NCBI GenBank assembly: GCA_032718475.1
Contig: JAUCBJ010007329.1
Location: forward strand, 124,001 to 188,000
Source: Nemertoderma westbladi
Lineage: Eukaryota; Animalia; Xenacoelomorpha
Direction of reading: 5' to 3'
DNA length: 64,000 nt
A model generated the notes under the pieces. The model saw only the letters and a program-made list of their open reading frames with translations. It did not search any database and was not told the origin of the DNA. Below are positions 58,903 through 64,000 of the stretch, piece after piece; position 1 is the first letter of the stretch; the number at the start of each line of letters is the position of its first letter. The translations under genes and the position numbers were made by a program.

Positions 58903-60384
58903 TTATAGAGAAAATTTTTCAAATTTCGCTATTGAAGCAATATAGTTTCGTAGTACTTTAACATCTTTCATCTCTTCAATATCGTTGACTAGATCTACAG
59001 CATCCAACGTTGAAATGTCTTCATATAGGAATGGTGGTTGAGTGAAAGGGAAATTGGTAGATCCATGAGGTTTCACTCCATCAAACAAGCGGTAGAACCT
59101 CCCAGCTTCGGCGGCAATTACCATTTTTCTCTTCAATCCTTCACCTGGAACGAGTGTAATATTGTGTCTTTTTGACTCAGGGACAACATACCATGTAAGT
59201 AGTTCTTGTCCAGCTAAGATGTTTTCAATGACAACCATAAACAATCGCTTGTTATCATGGAATGTAACTATATTTTGTTGCTGTTGGTGATTGGCAGAAT
59301 TTATAAAACGAGCCCAGTTTGAGAATCGACTATCTTCACAATCTATACTGGTCTTTATACCATACCTCCCTGTCGGAATTTTAGAACCTCTAGACGTTTT
59401 ACCCTCTAGTCTTATAATAGTACCTAATGGTATATCTTGAGCAGCAAAAGCCCCCAAACCAGCTCCCCGGATTGACGATTTCTTAATAATAATGTTGGAT
59501 GGAGTTGTTAACATCGCTCTGTTGATCATTCCGGGTATAGTAGGGGAGTTGTGTTGAACAAATATCTGTGTAATATTTACAACAGCTGGTAGGAGTTTGG
59601 TAAATATATATTTCTGAATGTAAATGGTGGGGTTTCCCAATTTAGGTGAACCTGGTGATTGCGCCTGTTCTATTGGAAAGTTTATTTTCTCACAGTCATC
59701 TGTCCAACCTTTTAATTTATTGTCATTTTCACAATTTCCTGATTTAATATGTAATTCATCAAGTGACAAACCAATAGGAATCGTAACTCCTTGATTGGAT
59801 GGAAGAATAAAATAGGGCCTCGCCATAGCGTAACCCATTCCATACCAGGTTAGGAGTTCTTCCCCTTTACTAATGTTTCGAGATGTAATATAGTAAATGT
59901 GTTCATTGTACGACTTTGCAACAACATTTTGCTCTTCCAAAAAGTTTGCTGCATTGACATATCTCGGCCAATTTGATGATTCAGAATTTTCAGAATTTAA
60001 TCGCAATTTTGTCAATGAACTTCCACGGCTTTCAATAGACCAACTGTAAACATTCAATGACTCATTTGTGTGTCTTCCATGGTATTCAACGATACCTCCA
60101 CATTCAAAGAATGTCCCAATTGGTAAATCTCTGTCAGCGAATGCACCCAATCCAGCACCTGGTATAGTTGAAGTACGAAGTTCTATCCATCCAGTAGGTG
60201 CAGTTAACTTAGAACGATTCGGAGTTCCCATTGGAATGTCATTATCATGCATAAAGATTAGCGGACTAAGTATTGTGGCATTTTCTAAATCCACCATTGG
60301 ATTTGTATCATGTTGAAACAATCCTTGAACAATGGCTATGTTATAAAGAGCCAGTAGAACGTTAAATCCTTTGGTCACACTCAT
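58903..60384 (-). CDS. Signal peptide plus tandem PR/SET domain protein (paralogue 3)
   Basis: 493-aa ORF. Signal-peptide-like N-terminus (VLLALYNIAIVQG|LF). Two PR/SET domains; central part nearly identical to paralogue 1. Intronless. Confidence 0.85.
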   Translation of the reverse strand: MSVTKGFNVLLALYNIAIVQGLFQHDTNPMVDLENATILSPLIFMHDNDIPMGTPNRSKLTAPTGWIELRTSTIPGAGLGAFADRDLPIGTFFECGGIVEYHGRHTNESLNVYSWSIESRGSSLTKLRLNSENSESSNWPRYVNAANFLEEQNVVAKSYNEHIYYITSRNISKGEELLTWYGMGYAMARPYFILPSNQGVTIPIGLSLDELHIKSGNCENDNKLKGWTDDCEKINFPIEQAQSPGSPKLGNPTIYIQKYIFTKLLPAVVNITQIFVQHNSPTIPGMINRAMLTTPSNIIIKKSSIRGAGLGAFAAQDIPLGTIIRLEGKTSRGSKIPTGRYGIKTSIDCEDSRFSNWARFINSANHQQQQNIVTFHDNKRLFMVVIENILAGQELLTWYVVPESKRHNITLVPGEGLKRKMVIAAEAGRFYRLFDGVKPHGSTNFPFTQPPFLYEDISTLDAVDLVNDIEEMKDVKVLRNYIASIAKFEKFSL

Positions 60385-60499
60385 AATTGGTGGAGTTAAT
60401 ATAGTTTTTATTTTGAAAAACTAGACGTTTATTGCTGCCCAAGTTGAAATGTTTGAGTTTACTACTACTACTAGGTCGAGCGAGCTCAGAGTGAGTGAG

Positions 60500-61710
60500 A
60501 TTTGTATGTTTAATATTTAGTGTTGTACTTTGTGTTTGTGTGTTTATACTTGTATGTTTAATATTTAGCGCTGGAATTAGTGTTTGTGTGTTTATACTTG
60601 TATGTTTAATATTTAGTGCTGCACTTAGTGTTTGTGTGATTATACTTGTATGTTTAATATTCAGCGCTGGAATTAGTGCTTGTGTGTTTATACTTGTATG
60701 TTTAATATTTAGTGCTGCACTTAGTGTTTGTGTGTTTATACTTGTATGTTTAATATTCAGTGCTGGAATTAGTGTTTGTGTGTTTATACTTATATGTTTA
60801 ATATTTAGTGCTGCACTTAGTGTTTGTGTGTTTATACTTGTATGTTTAATATTTAGTGCTGCACTTAGTGTTTGTGTGTTTATACTTGTATGTTTAGTAT
60901 TTAGTGCTGCACTTAGTGTTTGTGTGTTTACACTTGTATGTTTAATCTTTAGTGCTGCACTTAGTGTTTGTGTGTTTACACTTGTATGTTTAATATTCAG
61001 TGCTGGAATTAGTGTTTGTGTGTTTATACTTGTATGTTTAATTTAGTGCTGCACTTAGTGTTTGTGTGTTTATACTTGTATGTTTAATATTCAGTGCTGG
61101 AATTAGTGTTTGTGTGTTTATACTTGTGTGTTTAATATTTAGTGCTGCACTTAGTGTTTGTGTGTTTATACTTGTATGTTTAATATTTAGTGCTGCACTT
61201 AGTGTTTGTGTGTTTACACTTGTATGTTTAATATTTAGTGCTGCACTTAGTGATTGTGTGTTTACACTTGTATGTTTAATATTTAGTGCTGCACTTAGTG
61301 TTTGTGTGTTTACACTTGTTTGTTTAATATGTAGTGTTGCACTTAGTCTTTGTGTGTTCACACTTGTATGTTTAATATATAGTGCTGCGCTTAGTGTTTG
61401 TGTGTTTTTGTTTATACTTGTATGTTTAACATTTAGTGTTGCCCTTAGTGTTTTTGTGTTCACACTTGTATGTTTAATATTTAACGCTGCACTTAGTGTT
61501 TGTGTGTTTATACTTGTATGTTTAATATTTAGTGCTGCACTTAGTGTTTGTGTTTACACTTGTATGTATAATATTTAGTGTTGCACTTAGTGTTTGTGTG
61601 TTCACACTTATATGTTTAATATTTAGTGCAGCGCTTAGTGTTTGTGTGTTTATACTTGTATGTTTAATACTTAGTGTTGCACTTAGTGTTTTGTGTGTTT
61701 ACACTTGTAT
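60500..61710. repeat. 48-bp minisatellite, ~25 units
   Basis: tgtttatacttgtatgtttaatatttagtgctgcacttagtgtttgtg with gctggaatt variants. Confidence 0.95.
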
Positions 61711-61816
61711 CTTTTACAGAAGTTAAAGTTACATGGACACAGCCGAATGTGTAGGCCTGTAGGCGTTGGAAGTTATTTTACTGAAATATTTTCTAATTGA
61801 TGTCCTATATAGAGAT

Positions 61817-63041
61817 AACACGTTCGTGGGGCCTTCGCGCAGGACGAGGCCCAGTTATGAGATACAAATTAAATTGAGCGACTGTATCACAAAATCAGTA
61901 TTTGAGAAATTTAACCATACCGACAATCAATCAAAGAAAGGGGGACAGTACGTGTTCAGCCCTTTTAATCTGCACCCCCCCCCCCCCCCCCCCTTCCTAC
62001 CAACCAATACATAACCGCGACATCTACCACCCAAGGGGCGGAAGGGTAGCATAAACTTATTTCCAATCACACGTTCAATATGCGAAGCGATGTGGTTTAT
62101 AGGAAATATCGAGAATTCGAGGAAATCGAGAATACGAGAAACTCGATCGAAATACCTGCTCATCCCAGTATCCGTCCGTAGTCACCGGACAGCTGCGGTT
62201 TATTCCCGTAGAACAGTAGAATTCCTGCAGCTTCCGACCCAATTCGATTACGAATTCGCCTCACACTTTCGCATGGCAGAGAACGTAATCCGTTGCGATA
62301 CACATCTGCCCGGCTTTCAACAATTTCCCCCAGGCGATCCCAGGATCCGGCTGTCCAGGCCACCGCTAAACCCAAATCGCAATCCTCGTCGATTCGTCCA
62401 GTCGTCGACGTAAGTCGGACTCTTCCCACCGCACTCCAAGGTGGGTGGCCTGGGTGAGGCATGAGGAACTTGGCAGTGGCCCGCATTACGATCCGACCGA
62501 CCGCCATATTCCCAGTGTAGTAAATAGAATCTTACTGACAAGCAAGCAATTCCGTAGTATTTATTCCTCAGTTAATCGCATCTTGATGCCACTCGGCTGC
62601 TCGGGTCCAGATACATAGGACTGTCGGAAACTGTTTAGATGAAGAAGTTGTTTAGATGGCCTTGCCATGTTGCCAACGACCAACGACCTGAAGACGGTAC
62701 CGGTACCATACTGTAATCCTGTAGTCTCCTAGCAACCAGCTGATGCCAAGCCTAATAATTTTTGGGTATATTAATTTATTATAACCGTAAGACAGTAGTT
62801 ACACAGATGCTGCACGAAGACCCCACGCAAATTCAACTTGGAAAATTTCTAAACTTTGGCCAGACTACATGTGTACCAAGTTTGGTTAAATTTCATTAAC
62901 ATTTGGCTGAGTTATTAACGTATAAAATTGGACACGACAGAACGACAGAACAACAGATCGACAGATCGACAGAACAACAGACACACCGATTGAGTTAGTG
63001 GTACCTGTATGCTAAGCTCGCTTACTTTCGTCACTCGCCCC
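61817..63041 (+). mobile_element. Helentron-associated/DINE-like non-autonomous element
   Basis: 5' AACACGTTCGTGGGGCCTTCGCGCAG, core tgtaccaagtttggttaaatttc, (GACAGA)-type microsatellite, 3' gctcgcttactttcgtcactcgccc. Both ends shared with 63533-63868. Confidence 0.55.
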
Positions 63042-63532
63042 ACATATACTGTAGAGATAACATATAGAGATAACATATATAGAGATAACATATAGAGATA
63101 ACAACATTAATAATATATCAGAACAATGTATGAAGTTTATTATTCATTGTAATAATTTTTTTTCTCTTATAGTATTACGGATGGTATTTAGAGCAAAAAG
63201 TAACTAAACAGATGGTACTCCCTTCATTAAAATCTTGTTACTTCCATCATTAAAATAAAATGGCTACTCAATCAAGCGTTGTTAAACACTTTAAAGCAAT
63301 TGGTTAACAGTAGTGGTTAATTTGTCACAGATAAATTGGGGGACTTAGCTAGAATAACTGAAGTGTCTTGGCATGGAGGTTTACATCGCTATAATAATTG
63401 GTTCTCGGTCAGTGAATGAATTGATTTGAATAATTGGAGCAGCTACGTATAATTCGAACCTGACAATTAATTGCATTCAGACAATCAGACACTTAAAAGA
63501 TAATTTGGGAACTAGAAATCTTGAGTGCATTA

Positions 63533-63868
63533 ATGACACGTTCGTGGAGCCTTCACGCAGCACGAAGTGAGCAAAGCCTTTAGCATATGGGCACCATTAA
63601 CGAGTTGTCTACCATTAGTCAGAAGTCTTTAACACAATACTCGTCCTCATATTTTGCCTCGTTACGTTCGTTCGTTTTTGACCAAACTTCAGGTTCTTTC
63701 TAAACTTTTGACGGACTACATACCTACTAAGTTTCGTTTAATTTCATCATGGAATAACCGAGTTATTAGCGATCAAAAATTTACGACGACGACAGATGAC
63801 AACGACGACAGCCAACTCGCCAATGGTACCCATATGCTAAGGCTTCGCTCACTTCGTGGCTCGCCCTA
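63533..63868 (+). mobile_element. Short Helentron-associated/DINE-like element
   Basis: Same 5' motif, catacctactaagtttcgtttaatttc core, (GAC)n stretch, 3' gcttcgctcacttcgtggctcgccc. Confidence 0.55.
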
Positions 63869-64000
63869 CTGTGTACAGTAGGGGTGGCACTCTATTTACT
63901 GTACTTTGATCTGCAGTGTATGTTGTTGTGTTTACCTTACCGCATTGAGTATTCTAGTGTATAGCTTTTACCAAAGGTTAGTAAGTACTGCAGGCACAAT

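Noticed and set aside
60495-61726. Hydrophobic repeat ORFs resembling membrane proteins
   Set aside because: 48-bp minisatellite with frameshifting indels.

Overview
Eukaryotic (metazoan, probably invertebrate) transposon-rich window. The only host-like genes are three intronless paralogues (49-1590, ~39976-41538, 58903-60384). Each encodes an N-terminal signal peptide/anchor followed by TWO tandem PRDM-type PR/SET domains with no zinc fingers, i.e. an apparently secretory-pathway SET family. The rest is nested mobile DNA: an intact Bel/Pao LTR element (4084-18614, 2953-aa ORF) and a truncated Gypsy inside a 21-kb TA-flanked TIR element; a third LTR family with a solo LTR nested in its own LTR; a decayed minus-strand Bel/Pao (44023-56825) carrying an extra OTU-like protease plus zinc-knuckle reading frame; two piggyBac-type MITEs; L2, RTE, RTE-X and CRE LINE pieces; SINEs; Helentron-like elements; and several minisatellites. 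Two unrelated LTR families lack a tRNA primer-binding site and instead have, right at the LTR end, a sequence complementary to a site inside their own LTR (possible self-priming). All calls are from reading the sequence by eye; no searches were run.
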